Source: Dicyema japonicum (lineage: Eukaryota > Animalia > Dicyemida). From it: DNA of 64,000 nucleotides. Location: the NCBI GenBank assembly GCA_011109175.1, contig RDEW01000030.1, positions 665,937 through 729,936 on the forward strand, written 5' to 3'. Under the pieces are notes generated by a model, which was given only the letters and a program-made list of their open reading frames with translations, did not search any database and was not told the origin of the DNA. Each line of letters starts with the position of its first letter. Positions within the stretch are counted from its first letter, which is position 1. Positions 63,380-64,000 of this stretch are shown piece by piece. The translations under genes and the position numbers were made by a program.

Positions 63380-63860
63380 GGGACGCCAAAAAACAATTTC
63401 TGATGAAAAGAATTCTTCCGACAAAATTCAATTAAAAAATTTTATGAAAAGTATAACGAGTTTTGACCAAGTTTAATATGGAAGATATTTTTAATTATGA
63501 TGAAACTTGTCTTTCAATTAAAAAGAATTCAAAAAATCATTTGTCACTGAAGATGAAAATTGTTTTGGTAATAAATCTGTAAAAATATCAGTCTTTCTAT
63601 GCTCTAGCATTATAGGTGAGAAGTTAAAACCGTTGGTTATTGGAAAGTTCAAATCACGGAGATGCTGAGGATTATGAGGTACTAATTTTAAATTATACAT
63701 ATAGGTTATATACATCAAAAAATGCATGGATGACTAGTGATTTCTTAAATTGGTTACAAAAAATAAATAATTAAATGTTCCTACAGAATCGACAAATTTT
63801 AATTATTCTTGATAATGCTTGATGTCACATTTGTCAAAATTCATTATTTATTAAAAAATA
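63380..63860 (+). mobile_element. pogo/Tigger-like transposase fossil
   Basis: IFNYDETCL; GEKLKPLVIGK; KNAWMTSDF; ILIILDNA. Confidence 0.75.
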
Positions 63861-63902
63861 GTATAAATTATTATACTCTCTGTACTTGCGGCGCTTTCTA
63901 TT

Positions 63903-63993
63903 GGTGCAGTGGTTAAACTGGATTTTTAGAACAATTTTAGAACAACCTCGGTTTTTGGAACGTTTCGTGTTTAAAATCGAGGTCAGACTGTAT
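63903..63993. mobile_element. Possible pogo-type MITE remnant
   Basis: Both ends read CAGT inward (gcagtggtt.., ..gactgta) with a TA at the right end; TIR match only partial. Confidence 0.3.
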
Positions 63994-64000
63994 AACTTAA

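Overview
AT-rich eukaryotic genomic DNA in the standard genetic code. Compact host genes with very short GT-AG introns (mostly 22-32 nt) sit among many decayed transposable elements. The tiny introns plus an Ig/FN3 membrane protein suggest a reduced metazoan such as a dicyemid; this is inference only. Host genes were recognised by manual translation and recalled homology, with no database search: a kinesin-14-like motor with degenerate switch motifs, NUP35, SAP18, RCL1, UVRAG, an Ig+FN3 type I membrane protein, ARL8 and NARFL/CIAO3. Several carry 1-nt frameshifts at homopolymers, probably assembly errors. Mobile DNA includes RTE-like and Jockey/I-like (APE-type) LINEs, CRE-like and R4/Dong-like (RLE-type) LINEs, a Gypsy fossil, pogo and Tc1 fossils, and several short non-autonomous retroelement families. 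The top candidate is a ~62-nt pseudoknotted core with HDV-ribozyme-like helix order but non-canonical catalytic positions. It shows compensatory base changes and is shared by two short element families that end in different tails. Most TE boundaries are approximate unless a target-site duplication (TSD) is cited.
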